The notes under the pieces were generated by a model. The model saw only the letters and a list, made by a program, of their open reading frames with translations, was not told the origin of the DNA and ran no database searches. Positions 49,123 through 64,000 of a DNA stretch of 64,000 nucleotides are shown here, piece after piece (the stretch's first letter is position 1; every line of letters begins with the position of its first letter). The stretch comes from Octopus sinensis (taxonomy: Eukaryota): contig NC_043019.1 in the NCBI RefSeq assembly GCF_006345805.1, positions 3,720,001 through 3,784,000 on the forward strand. Direction: 5' to 3'. The position numbers were made by a program, and so were the translations under genes.

Positions 49123-50525
49123 GACAAACATACATACATACATAAATACTCATACTACATACATACAAACATACATACATACATACATACATACATACAA
49201 TACACTACATACATACATACAACATACATACATACATCATACATACATACATACATACAAACATATACATACATAATACATACAAACATACATACATACA
49301 TACATACATACATACATACATACATACATACAACATACATACATACATACATACATACATACATACAACTACATACATACATAAATACATACATACATAA
49401 AACATCATACATACATACATAAATACATACATACATACAAACATACATACATACATACATACATACATACATACAAACATACATACATACATACATACAT
49501 ACTACATACATACAAACATACATACATACATACATACATACATACAACAACATACATACATACATACATACATGCATACATACATACATACATACATACA
49601 TACATACATACATACATACAAACATACATACATACATACATACATACATGCATACATACATACATACTACATACATACAAACATACATACATACATCATA
49701 CTGCATACATACATACATACATACATACATACAATACATAATCTACAAACATACATACATACATACATACATACATACAAACATACATACATACATACAT
49801 ACATACATACATACATACATACATACAAACATACATACATACATACATACAGACATACATCATACATACTACTACAACATATACCTACATACATACAAAC
49901 ATACATACATACATACATCCAAACATACATACATACATACATACATACATACATCAAACACTACATACATAATACATACATACATACATAACATACATAC
50001 ATACATAAAACATACATACATACATACATACTACATACATACACACATACATACATACATACATACATACATACATACATACATACAATACATACATACA
50101 ACATACATACATACAACTACATACATACATACATACAAACATACATACATACATACATACAAACATACATCATACATACATACATACATACATACAACCA
50201 TACCATACATACCTACATACATACATAAATACATACATACATACATACATACATACATACATACATACATACATACATACTACACCATACAACTATACAT
50301 ACCTACATACATACATACATACACATACATACATACATACATACATACATACATGCATACATACATACATACATACATACATCATACTACATACATACAT
50401 ACATCTGCATGCATACATACATACATACATACATACATACATACATACATACATACGTACATACATACATATAGACAGACACATACATACATACATAAAC
50501 ACATACGTACATACACGTATATGCA
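46640..50525. repeat. ~3.9 kb (ACAT)n microsatellite array
   Basis: Directly visible, with GCAT, AAAC and ACAC variants. Confidence 0.97.
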
Positions 50526-52228
50526 TATGTATGTATGCACACCGACACATTTGCTTCGTTGCTTACATATATGTGTGCATGTGTATGTGTATATTGTATG
50601 TGTATATATAATAATAAACATGAGCATATGAATACATATATAGGTATAAATATATATATGCTTTTTACATGTATATATATACATACACACAAACACACGC
50701 GTACACACATGTATATTCTTTTACTCTTTTACTTGTTTCAGTCTTTTGACTGCGGCCACGTTGGAGCACTGCCTTCTATCAGTATCTTTTGGTGAAACCC
50801 TAAGTTACAGGGACGAAAATACGCCATCACCGATTGTCAATCGGTGATGAGGGGACAAACACAGACATAAAGACACACAGATAGACACAAAGACACACAG
50901 ACAGACACAAAGACACACAGACAGACACAAAGACACACAGACAGACACAAAGACACACACAGACACAGACACATATACGACGGGCTTCTTACAGTCTCCG
51001 TCTATGAAATCCACTCACAACGCTTTGGTCGGCCTGAGGCTATAGTAGCAGATACCTGGTCAAGGTGTCACGCAGTGGGATTGAACCCTGAACCATGTGG
51101 TTAGGAAGCCAGCTTATTATCGCACAGCCACGCCCGAGAAATTGTGGAGTTATTGAGGTTGAGAAAGATGACAATATTAATTTTAAAAAGTTCTATTTCG
51201 TAGAAATTATGAAATTCTTTTCTAAATCTCACCGTTTTGTATTACTGAAGATTCATTGACCATCATCTCTGTAAAGTCCTCCCTTAAACCATTTGGATGG
51301 CAATATTTTTCTGTCTATATAGAAAGAAGTGTATCCCCACGCAGGTAAAAAATAAGGAGAACTTGTTTTGAGGTTTGAAAAAGCACTTGAATTTGAAAAA
51401 AACGTCTAGTTGTTTTTAAAGAGATGTAATCACGTACATACCAAATTAGTTTCGACAAATTTTTGTTTATCAATGGTACAAATATATATATATAAAAGTG
51501 AAGTTGTGTGTCTGTCTCCTACGATTTAGATTCCTAACTACTCCCACATTTTGCGGTGCAGTTTAACCAAAAGCGGGTATCTTATAGTCGTGATTAAAAT
51601 CGAGCCCTTCTGGATATTAGCGCGCGTCTACGATTTAAAAAAAAATTTACCATAATTTTTCTGCATTTTTAATGAAGTTTCGCTCGGTTTATATAAGGGA
51701 AGTAACTCTCTATAAATGCTTATATAGTTATTTCCCTTACAAACCCGAGCAACGCCGGGCGATACTGCTAGTATATATGTAAAACAAGGGGTTTTAGAAG
51801 AGTTTAAAATTCCGAAGTAAAAATCGGACAAACATGTTTTTAAACGATCAAATGCTCACATAAATTTCTATGGGTTTCACAGGGATAGGTTATATCAAAG
51901 TAAATGTTCGACGAAGAGAAAAAGAAAAGATAAAAATAAAGAAGAGAGGAAGAAAAAAGTTTTTTTTTTTATACAGTTTCTGTCGTGGTACGTGTAGTTC
52001 TTTTTTCTCTCGCATACTCGTCTTACTCTTTACTCTTTTACTAGTTTCAGTCATTTGACTGCGGCCATGCTAGAGCACCGCCTTGTAGTCGAGCAAATCG
52101 ACCCCGGGACTTATTCTTTTTGTAAGCCCAGTACTTATACTATCGGTCTCTTTTGCCGAACCGCTAAGTAACGCTGACGTAAACACACCAGCATCGGTTG
52201 TCAAGCAATGCTAGGGGGACAAACACAT

Positions 52229-52287
<59 letters not shown>

Positions 52288-52673
52288 TACGACGGGCTTC
52301 TTTCAGTTTCCGTCTACCAAATCCACTCACAAGGCATTGGTCGGCCCGAGGCTATAGCAGAAGACACTTGCCCAAGATGCCACGCAGTGGGACTGAACCC
52401 GGATCCATGTGGTTAGTTAGAAAGCTACTTACCACACAGCCACTCCTGCGTCTCTTCGCTTTTCACGGTTTTTTTAGGGGGTGGGGAATCGGAACATATT
52501 TTGTGTATATATTATATTTTTACAGGAAAGGATCTAAATTTTGATTTGGTATAATTTTGACGACGTCTTATACTTTCTCGTGGATGTTTTTGGTCAAAAG
52601 ATATATTTCGTTTTGGCATTAGTACTTTGGTTGGTTGGTTACCTGTTGGTGTTTGTATATATATCTATATCTA

Positions 52674-52706
<33 letters not shown>

Positions 52707-52739
52707 TATATATATATATATATATATATACATATATTT

Positions 52740-52865
52740 ATCAAAATAAAAACATGATGCAAAGGATTTAGCGGTACATATGTTTCGGGCCTTTATTAGA
52801 CGGTTTATAACAAAGGCCCGAAACATATATACCGCTAAATCCTTTGCATCATGTTTTATTTTGAT
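52740..52865. repeat. fold-back palindrome (~55-bp arms, 17-nt loop)
   Basis: atcaaaataaaaacatgatgcaaaggatttagcggtacatatgtttcgggccttt and its near-perfect reverse complement. Confidence 0.9.
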
Positions 52866-53000
52866 GAATATACTCTATCACCTACACACTAAATGGTATA
52901 CACAGGTGCTTACAATTATCAAGTATTCACCCTGAATTTTTGTACCCAACTTACATATACATATATATAGACATATATATACATATATATGCATACATAC

Positions 53001-53031
<31 letters not shown>

Positions 53032-53036
53032 CATAC

Positions 53037-53121
<85 letters not shown>

Positions 53122-53239
53122 TTATAATATACATACGGTTGTCTTCGGCCACGACTTCAGACTGGACAATCTTTGCGAATGGAATTTGGTAGCCGAAGTC
53201 TGTGCACAAGCCACCATCTCCCCACACGCACACACACAC

Positions 53240-54795
53240 ACATACATACATGTGCGTATACATATCAACATACATATATACATACATACATACATACATA
53301 CATACATACATACATACATACATACATGCATACATACATACATACATACATACATACATACATACATGCATACATACATACATACATACATACATACATA
53401 CATACATGCATACATACATACATACATACATACATACATACATGCATACATACATACATACATACATACATACATACATACATGCATACATACATACATA
53501 CATACATACATACATACATACATGCATACATACTACATACATACATACATACATACATACATGCATACATACATACATACATACATACATACATACATGC
53601 ATACATACATACATACATACATACATACATACATACATGCATACATACATACATACATACATGCATACATACATACATACATACATACATACATACATAC
53701 ATGCATACATGCATACATACATACATACATACATACATACATACATTACATACATACATACACCACATACATGCATACATACATACATACATACATAATA
53801 CATACATACATACTGCATACATACATACATACATACATACATACATACATGCATACATACATACATACATACATACATACATACATGCATACTACATACA
53901 TCACATACATACAACTACATACATACATACATACATACAACACCCAATACATACATACATACATGCATACATACATACATACATACATACATACATACAT
54001 ACATACATACATACATCACACACACATACATGCATACATACATACATACATACATACATACATACATACATACATGCATACATACATACATACATACATA
54101 CATACATACATGCATACATACATACATACATACATACATACATACATGCATACATACATACATACATACATACATACATACATACATACATACATACATA
54201 CACACACACACATACATACATACATACATGCATACATACATACATACATACATACATACATACATACATACATACATACATACACACACACATACATGCA
54301 TACATACATACATACATACATACATACAATCATGCATACATACATACATACATACATACATACATACATACATGCATACATACATACATACATACATACA
54401 TACATGCATAACATACATACATACATACATACATACATACATACATACATACATACACACACACATACATACATACATACATACATGCATACATACATAC
54501 ATACATACATACATACATACATGCATACATACATACATACATACATAAATACATACATACATACATGCATACATACATACATACATACATACATACATAC
54601 ATGCATACATACATACATACATACATACATACATGCATACATACATGCATACATACATACATACATACATACATACATACATGCATGCATACATACATAC
54701 ATACATACATACATACATGCATACATGCATACATGCATACATACATACATACATACATACATACATACATACATACATACATACATACATACATA
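53240..54795. repeat. ~1.55 kb (ACAT)n/(GCAT) array
   Basis: Directly visible. Ends at a SINE A head. Confidence 0.97.
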
Positions 54796-54961
54796 GGCGC
54801 AGGAGTGGCTGTGTGGTAAGTAGCTTTCTAACCAACCACATGGTTCTGGGTTCAATCCCACTGCGTGGAATCTTGGGGCAAGTGTCTTCTGCTATAGCCC
54901 CGGGCCGACCAATGCCTTGTGAGTGGATTTGGTAGACGGAAACTGAAAGAAGCCTGTCGTA

Positions 54962-55007
<46 letters not shown>

Positions 55008-55267
55008 TATATATATGTTTGTGTGTCTCTGTTTGTCCCCCTAGCATTGCTTGACAACCGATGCTGGTGTGTTTACGTCCCCGTCACTTAGCGGTTCGGC
55101 AAAAAAGACCGATAGAATAAGTACTGGGCTTACAAAGAATAAGTCCCGGGGTCGATTTGCTCGACTAAAAAGGTGGTGCTCCAGCATGGCCACAGTCAAA
55201 TGACTGAAACAAGTAAATGAGTAATACATACATACATACATACATATACATATATATATATATATAC

Positions 55268-55306
<39 letters not shown>

Positions 55307-55651
55307 TGTATGGGTGTGTGTGTGTTTGCTTCTATGTTTTCCTGTATGCGTAGACTGTCTGATAGACGTTCATATTTCTTAAAGAGCTCTACATACTATC
55401 AAAATACTACGAGTAACTCAAATCAGGGTAACCGCTTCCCCTCTACCTTACCTCTATGTCACTATAAAACACTCGACACGTTAATAAATTACCCCAGCAA
55501 AGCAGGAACATTCGACGTGGATATCAACATGCTAAAAATAGCATTCAAACTACATATATATATATATATATATATTTTTACACTAACATTTTTCAAGAGG
55601 GGAAAGTTGCATTAGATATCCTCAACAAGTCGGGATGTGTGTGTGTGCATG

Positions 55652-55688
<37 letters not shown>

Positions 55689-57304
55689 ATATATATATAT
55701 ATATCTTTTACTCTCTTTTACTTGTTTCAGAAAAAGAGCACCGCCTTTAGTCGAGCAAATCGATCCCAGGACTTATTCTTTGTAAGCCCAGTACTTATTC
55801 TATCGGTCTTTTTTGCCGAACCGCTAAGTGACGGGGACGTAAACACACCAGCATCGGTTGTCAAGCAATGATAGGGGGAGAAACAGAGACGCACAAACAT
55901 ATACATACACATGCATATATACATATATATATACATATATATATATATATACACGACGCTCCGACAGGGGGTGGTGGCGATCCTTGCTGTACTCTTTCGC
56001 CACAACTTTCTCTCACTCTTTCTTCTGTTGGCCTGCTCGCTTAGCCAGCGGGGTGGCGTCATTTGAAGGCTAAAACGATACGAAGCGCATTGTGACCAGC
56101 GATGTGTAGCAACATCTGATAGCCTGGTCGGTCACAGTGATATATATATATATATATTACGGAGATGTACTTGCATAGCAAGTGACCTGATCTGAGATCG
56201 TGTGCTGAAACAAAAACAATTGCAGCAGCAATGTGTGCACCAGAGGATAACAATTAATTGCTGTAAAAGCTTAAATTGATTGCTGAGAGCGCAGCTCATT
56301 TCACATAATGGACGATAGTATTCAACACTGCAGTTCAGTGGAGGCACATGGCCTAGTGGTTAGAGCAGCGGACTCGCGGGTTCGAATCCTAGACCGGGCG
56401 ATGTGTGTGTTTATGAGCGAAACACCTAAGCTCCACGCGGCTCCGGCAGAAGGTAATGGCGAAACTTCTGCTGACTCTTTCGCCACAACTTTCTCTCACT
56501 GTTTCCTCCTGCTCTCGCAGCTCACCTGCGATGGGCCGGCGTCCCGTCCAGGTGGGGAACCTATACGCCAAGGAAACCGGGGAAACTGGCCCTTATGAGC
56601 CAGGCATGACTCGAGAAGGAACAAAAAACAACACTGCAGTTCGAAGTTAGTATATCTCTTGATGTAGACATTAACAGATATGTTCTTCTGGAAATTATTA
56701 TTTCCGATCATATAAACCACCTCGAATATTATTTCAACAAGTTTAAAGTGATTTCATTTGTGCCGTAAACCAATTACCATTTTTGTCATTCTTCTCCCCC
56801 TTCCTTGATGCCCTAAGCACGTGCGTATTTTGCTTAATGGTTAATCCACCGCTGCTTCTGGCTCTCCCTCTCTGTCTTTATCTATCTAATTCATCATATA
56901 TTTTCTGTTTCAGACACTGGCCTCAGAAACATCTATAACAATAGAAAGAACCTGACGGTTACTATGCGGTCGCTCTCCCAGCTAGAAATAACAACTAAAC
57001 TCCTTCATGACAACACGGAACCATATTGGAAAAACAAAAAGGGGTAAAGTCATGCTGGGTAATTATAGTCGTACGTACATCATAGATGGCAAAATGACTC
57101 GACAGCCATGAAGTGAAGGCCTTTGGTTAAAGGTCTCTGCACCATCCGAAGGGCAAAACAGTAACAACTATAACGACGATGACGACGATGACAAGAAGAA
57201 GAACAACAACAACAAAAGCCACCACCACCACTACAACAACAACAACCACAACAACAACGACTTCAACAAGTACATGAACAACAACGATAAAAGCTATGAC
57301 ACCA

Positions 57305-58030
57305 GTAACTATAATCTTTTCTACTCTAGACACATGGCCCGAAATTTTTTGAGAGAAGGGGTCAGTCGATTAGATCGAACCCAGTACGCAACTGGTACTT
57401 AATTTATCGACCCCGAAAGGATGAAAGACAAAGTCGACCTCGGCGGAGTTTGAACTCAGAATGTAAAGACAGACGAAATGCCGCTAAGCATTTCGTCCGG
57501 CGTGCTAACGTTTCTTATTTCTTTATTGCCCATAAGGGGCTAAACATAGAGGGGACAAACAAAGACAGACAAAGGGATTACATCGACCCCAGTGCGTAAC
57601 TGGTGCTTAATTTATCGACCCCGAAAGGCAAAGTCGATCTCGGCGGAATTTGAACTCAGTTTGTAAAGACAAACGAAATAACTATTTCTTTACTACCCAC
57701 AGAGAGGACAAACAAGGGCAAACGGATTAAGTCGATTATGTCGATCCCAGTGCGTAACTGGTACTTATTTAATCGACCCCGAAAGGATGAAAGGCAAAGT
57801 CGACCTCGGCGGAATTTGAACTCAGAACGTAGCGGTATTCGAAATACCGCTAAGCATTTCCCCCGGCGTGCTGACGTTTTTTTAATTTCTTTATTGCCCA
57901 CAAGGGGCTAAACATATAGGGGATAAATAAAGACAAACAAAGGGATTACATCGACCCCAGTGCGTAACTGGTACTTAATTTATCGACTCCAAAATGATGA
58001 AAGGCAGCGGAATTTGAACTCCGCCTTACA
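57305..58030 (-). mobile_element. tandem SINE family B array
   Basis: About four partly deleted units. Confidence 0.8.
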
Positions 58031-58160
58031 ACAATAAGAATTATGATGATGGCAACTATAACAGTATCTAAAAGAACTATATTTGGATTTAAAGGATGAC
58101 AGTAGTAAAAGGTATGAGATCAAATGGTGCATTATTGAACACGTGTCTCCCTACATAATT

Positions 58161-59225
58161 TTTAAGGCATTTTTTGGGGTATTATATAAGGGAAGTAACT
58201 CTCTAAAAATGTCTACGATGAGTCTACGATTTAAAAAAAAATTTACCATCATTTTTTTCCATTTTTAATGCATTTTTTGGCTATTATATAAGGAAAGTAA
58301 CTCTCTAAAAATGCTTATATAGTTATTTCCCTTACAAACCCGAGCAACGCCGGGCGATACTGCTAGTATAGAAATAAATATGAGGGTTATATCACATAAA
58401 AATATAAAGGTGGTTAAAATGAAAAACCACCGTGGCAATACATACTAAAATGGCTACTAGTCCACATTACTCCGTAAAACAGGTTGGGGAGAGGGTTGCT
58501 AACACATCACCCTCTACCCACATTTTTGTCGTCCACATCTTTACCATGCACAATACTCCGCAAGGAGCGTAAGGCCGATTTCCTGGTTTCTCTGGCGTAT
58601 ATATTCCTCCTTGAGACGGACAGGTGTTCCGTTAGGGTAATCTTTTCCCCACGAGAGTTCCGGACCCCAGTAAGGAACTCATTTGCATACAGCCAATCAG
58701 AACTCCCCTTGACCAAATAAACTCAAGACGAAGCACGGTGTTGCAAGTCGACCGATCGCCAAGTTTATTCCTGATTTTAGAAGGAGACAAGTAATTGGAT
58801 AGGTTTGCATCTATACCTATCATCGGATTTTGTTAGGGGCCCCATATGGTAAAGATGTGGACGACAAAAATGTGGGTAGAGGGTGATGTGTTAGCAACCC
58901 TCTCCCCAACCTGTTTTACGGAGTAATGTGGACTAGTAGCCATTTTAGTATGTATTGCCACGGTGGTTTTTCATTTTAACCACCTTTATATTTTTATGTG
59001 ATATAACCCTCATATTTATTTCTATACTAGCAGTATCGCCCGGCGTTGCTCGGGTTTGTAAGGGAAATAACTATATAAGCATTTTTAGAGAGTTACTTCC
59101 CTTATATAATAGCCAGAAAATGCATTAAAAATGGAAAAAAATTATGGTAAATTTTTTTTAATCGTAGACTCATCGTAGACATTTTTTAGAGAGTTACTTC
59201 CCTTATATAATACCAAAAAATGCAT
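58161..59225. repeat. long inverted repeat (~385-bp arms, ~295-bp spacer)
   Basis: 58161-58549 is the reverse complement of 58845-59225. Confidence 0.9.
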
Positions 59226-59534
59226 TACAAATGGAAAAAAATGATGGTAAATTTTTTTAAATCGTAGACTCATCGTAGACGCGCGCTAATACCCAGAAGG
59301 GCTCGATATGAATCACGACTATAAGATACCCGGTTTTGGTTAAACTGCACCGCAAAATGTGGGAGTTGTTAGGAATCTAAATCGTAGGAGACAGACACCA
59401 CACAACTTCTCTTTTATATATATAGATTTACTGAGCTATTTGTTAAAAAGCTTTACAGAAAAGGAAACAACATTTTTTAAAATTATGTTTATGAAATATC
59501 TATTTCTATTAATGATAGATTAATCCAAAGCATT

Positions 59535-60340
59535 GAGGTGTCAGTATCGTTAGCACGCGTGACAAAATGCTAAGCGGTATTTATTTCAGCTGACAGAAAC
59601 GTTAGCGCGCCGGACGAAATGCTTAGCCGTATTTCGTCTGCCGTTACGTTCCACCGAGGTCGACTTTGCCTTTCATCCTTTCGGGGTCGATTAAATAAGT
59701 ACCAGTTACGCACTGGGGTCGATATAATCGACTTAATCCGTTTGTCTGTCCTTGTTTGTCCTCTCTGTGTTTAGCCCCCTGTGGCTAGTAAAGAAATAGG
59801 TATTTCGTCTGCCGCTACGTTCTGAGTTCAAATTCCACCGAGGTCGACTTTGCCTTTCATCCTTTCGGGGTCGATTAAATAAGTACCAGTTACGCACTGG
59901 GATCGATGTAATAGACTTAATCCGTTTGTCTGTCCTTGTTTGTCCTCTCTGTGTTTAGCCCCTTGTGGGTAGTAAAGAAATAGGTATTTATTTCAGCTTT
60001 TTTAAGGTGGCAAGCTGGCAGAAACGTTAGCGCGCCGGGCGAAATGCTTTGCGGTATTTCGTCTGCCGCTATGTTCTGAGTTCAAATTCCACCGAGGTCG
60101 ACTTTGCCTTTCATCCTTTCGGGGTCGATTAAATAAGTACCAGTTACGCACTGGGGTCGAAATAATCGACTTAATCCGTTTGTCTGTCCTTGTTTTTCCT
60201 TCTGTGTTTAGCCCCTTTTGGGTAGTAAAGAAATAGGTATTTATTTACGTTCTGAGCTCAAAAGCCGCCGAGGTCAACTTTGCCTTTCACCCTTTAGGGG
60301 TCGATAAGATAAGAAACACCATTTGAGCACTGAGGTCGAT
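59535..60340 (+). mobile_element. tandem SINE family B array
   Basis: Repeated ...gtaaagaaataggtattt|cgtctgccgctacg junctions. Confidence 0.85.
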
Positions 60341-60467
60341 GTAAACAATCCCCCCATTCCCTAAAAATATCCCCTAAAAAAATTCAGACTTTTTGTCTAT
60401 AGCAGAAAGAAATTACACCTCTAACTGTCCATCATTATAAGTTGATTTTTAAAAGTTTTATCGACGT

Positions 60468-60555
60468 TTCCCTATTCTGTATAAAACCTCTTTATATTCC
60501 CTATTCTGTATAAAACCACCTTATATTCCCTATTCTGTATAAAACCACTTTATAT
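60468..60555. repeat. three ~29-bp tandem units (ttccctattctgtataaaacc.c.ttata)
   Basis: Directly visible. Confidence 0.85.
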
Positions 60556-60934
60556 ACAAACCTTATCACGATCCGTCCACGATATTTCGTAAATATCTAT
60601 AATGTAATCGTATTTGTTTTGGCAGCTTACTTGATGTGAGTTCATATGTTGAAACAGAACCAACTTTGAAGAAACATGAAATTATTTAAGAATACTCACA
60701 TATTCACTTGTATTTTATTTTGTATCTTACATTGTATATATTTTGTGTTGAAAATGATATGCAATTACTCTAAATAATATATCTGGCTCTGTAACACGTG
60801 TGTTTAAAAAGCCTTATAAAAGTGAAAGCGCTTGCACAAAGCAGTTTTCCATTAGATCTGTGTTAAACCGCCTTTTTATTTAAAAAGAAACTTTTTATAT
60901 AATTAACCATTTTAATATAAATCTTTTTTCATGT

Positions 60935-60977
<43 letters not shown>

Positions 60978-61117
60978 GTGTGTGTATATATATATATATA
61001 TATAGATATATATACACACATACACATACATATATATGCATATATATAATGTACTTTATATATACATATACATATGTGTGTATGAATGTACGAATGTATG
61101 TATATACGTAAACAAAC

Positions 61118-61217
61118 NNNNNNNNNNNNNNNNNNNNNNNNNNNNNNNNNNNNNNNNNNNNNNNNNNNNNNNNNNNNNNNNNNNNNNNNNNNNNNNNNNN
61201 NNNNNNNNNNNNNNNNN
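61118..61217. other. assembly gap (100 N)
   Basis: A run of 100 N, a standard placeholder. Contiguity across it is not guaranteed. Confidence 1.
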
Positions 61218-61462
61218 CCACCCCATGAGGAAAGAAAAGAACACTCAGTGGGTTGCGGGTCGATTATATATATATATATGTGGTGTGTGTGTATATATGT
61301 GTGTGTGTGTGTATATATGTGTGTGTATGTATGTGTATATTGTGTGTGTGTATATATATATATGTATATGTATATATATGTATGATACGAAACCAGTTTA
61401 CTTCAATAGAAATATAATAATGGTAATAAAACGATTAAAGATCTCTCTCTCTCTCTCTCTCC

Positions 61463-61498
<36 letters not shown>

Positions 61499-61637
61499 AT
61501 GGCGAGTAATATTTGATGACATTTACCCATTTGATATTTAATATATTGTCTTATATGTGTGCGTGTATATATATATATATATATATGCAATGTCTGTTTT
61601 CTCATGTATAATTGTATTGCTCATATGTAAGGAAGAT

Positions 61638-61668
<31 letters not shown>

Positions 61669-61817
61669 CTACCTACCTACCTAACTACACACACTCAGAT
61701 AGATAGATAGGTAGATAGATAGATAGGTAGATGTCCAAAGAAAAGAGCGCAATCAATAGAACGGCTATACTTTGAATACGATATATATATATTAAGAACC
61801 ATGTTTTAGCCAAGCAA

Positions 61818-61868
<51 letters not shown>

Positions 61869-62541
61869 TAATATAGCAAAGCATATAGGTGTTATTATGT
61901 CCGTTATCGCTTAAAATGTGGTTACACTGAAATCGGTTTCACAGTTTTGCGTTCAGCAAATCTGTTATGATTATCCGGCAATTCATTCATTCATTCATTC
62001 ATTCATTCATTCATTCATTCTTTTATCCGTTTATTCGTACTTTTAATAATTTGTTGTACTCTTTCATTCTTCTCCCCATTCGTCCGTTTGTTATCATCTC
62101 ACGTTTTCTACTGCTTTCGGCTTTTTCTCCTTTGTATTCTGAAAATTCCTTTTTCGTTTCTTCCACTTCTTAAATTTGTAGGTGTTGAAAAAGGTTTATC
62201 GCGTGTATGCGTGTCTGTCTCTGTGTCTGTGTGTGTGTGCATATACATTTTTTTCACTCACACTTTGAAAGGGACAGAAATAGTTCATTAACTTAAATAT
62301 AAAATGTATCTTTTTTTTACTCTTTTACTCTTTTAACTCTTTTACTTGTTTCAAGTCATTTGACTGCGGCCATGCTGGAGCAACGCCTTTAGTCGAGCAA
62401 ATCGACCCCGGACTTATTCTTTGTAAGCCCAGTACTTTATTCTATCTTTTGCCGAACCGCTAGGTGACGGGGACGTAAACACAACGCAATCGGTTGTCAA
62501 GCAATGCTAGGAACCAACACAGACACACAGCACACGCAACC

Positions 62542-62584
<43 letters not shown>

Positions 62585-62876
62585 TACATATATACGACAG
62601 GCTTCTCTTCAGTTTCCGTCTACCAAATCCACTCACAAGGCATTGTCGACCCGGGGCTATAGCAGAAGACACTTGCCCAAGATGCCACGCAGTGGGACTG
62701 AACCTGGAACCATGTGGTTAGTTAGCAAGCTACTTACCTCACAGCCACTCCTGCACCTATCTGTTCTCATTATTGATTACCCTGGCCATAAATTGTCGTT
62801 ATCCCATTTTTTGAAATCGTCCACTTTAAATCGCATTTCTAAAATCAGTCCACAAAAATCGCACGCACGCACTCAA

Positions 62877-62909
<33 letters not shown>

Positions 62910-63379
62910 GTTCTCAATTCTTTTGATAAAGAGAAAATAAGAAAACAAAGCCCCCCATACAATACCTATTTCTTTACTACCCACAAGGGGCTAAACACAG
63001 AGGGGACAAACAAGAACAGACAAACGGATTAAGTCGATTATATCGACCCCAGTGCGTAACTGGTACTTAATCTATCGACCCCGAAAGGATGAAAGGTAAA
63101 GTCGACCTCGGCGGAATATGAACTCTGAACGTAACGGCAGACGAAATACCGCTAAGCATTTCGCCCGGCGTGCTAACGTTTCTGCCAGCTCGCCGGTCTT
63201 GCATTTATTCACTGTTCTGCTTACAGACTGAAAATGAAGAATGCAATTTCATTGGTATTCATGGTATACTCTACAGTACCGTGGACTATACCAGACTGTG
63301 GTACCTACATACAGCTGAGTGAACTGGGCAGCTGGGCTGTTGACAGCTGCCTTGGTCACGGACACAGTGCTGTGAACTA

Positions 63380-63800
63380 TACCTATTTCTTTACTACCCA
63401 CAAGGAGCTAAACACAGAGAGGACAAACCAGGACTGATAAACGGTTTCAGTCGATTATATCAACCCCAGTGCGTAACTGGTACTTATTTAATCGACCCCT
63501 AAAGGATGAAAGGCGAAGTCGACCTCAGCAGAATTTGAACTCAGAACGTAGCGGCAGACGAAATACCTATTTCTTTACTACCCACAAGGGGCTAAACACA
63601 CAGAGGACAAACAAGGACAGACAAACGGATTAAGTCGATTATATCGACCCCAGTGCATAACTGGTTCATAATTTATCGACCCCGAAAGGATGAAGGGCAA
63701 AGACGACCTTGGCGGAATTTGAACTCAGAACGTAGCGGCAGACGAAATACCGCTAAGCATTTTACCCGGCGTGCTAACGTTTCTGCCAGCTCGCCGCCTT
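63380..63800 (-). mobile_element. tandem SINE family B dimer
   Basis: Two units joined at cggcagacgaaatacctatttc. Confidence 0.85.
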
Positions 63801-64000
63801 TATGAGTATATCACACTGCGATACCTACTTACAGCCAGGTGGACTGGACTATTGACATTCAGATGTCTTAGTCCTTGTATACCATACAGTGAACTATACT
63901 GCACTGGTATCTATTTACAGCTAAGTGGACTGATTACAGTCAAGTGTTTTGGTTATTGGACACAGTTATGAGGCGCAGGAGTGGCTGTGTGGTAAGTAGC

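Noticed and set aside
52785-52830. GGCCCGAAAC in the palindrome as a hammerhead half
   Set aside because: There is no CUGANGA core, and stem I cannot pair.
46402-55057. Dozens of MYVC/HTYI ORFs up to 618 aa
   Set aside because: (ACAT)n lacks stop codons in most frames. There is no splice or domain evidence.
58507-58823. Short ORFs in the palindrome spacer
   Set aside because: They are under 80 aa, have no motif I recognise, and have no clear splice context.
27200-64000. A second host gene downstream of pum
   Set aside because: No exon-like ORF with a recognisable host domain was seen. Small exons could be missed by eye.

Overview
AT-rich, repeat-dense animal genomic DNA. The SINE, MITE and microsatellite families look like Octopus (inference). 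One protein-coding gene is present: the 3' part of pumilio (PUM1/2 orthologue) on the + strand. Nine GT-AG coding exons from 1788 to 16407 join in frame to about 534 aa. They include all eight PUF repeats with canonical base-recognition triplets, and the 5' exons lie upstream of the window. About 10.7 kb of SINE-poor, U-rich sequence follows (16408-~27150); it is probably a long 3' UTR and contains at least 40 perfect Pumilio response elements (UGUAHAUA). The region from 27 to 64 kb has no recognisable host exon. It holds several tRNA-derived SINE families, a nearly intact hAT/Buster transposon (TIRs, 8-bp TSD, one frameshift), MULE- and Helentron-like non-autonomous elements, LINE 3' fragments, a Penelope-type minimal hammerhead motif, large palindromes, kb-scale (ACAT)n arrays and a 100-N gap. 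Top leads: (1) PRE arrays in the pumilio 3' region; (2) an in-frame tandem 3' splice site that would toggle the R7-R8 loop between vertebrate-like and fly-like lengths; (3) a hammerhead-like motif and a repeated pseudoknot-like module in retroposons; (4) a SINE with an internal microsatellite slot that expands to 1.5 kb. Most long ORFs in the track are microsatellite artefacts. All coordinates and counts were read by eye.
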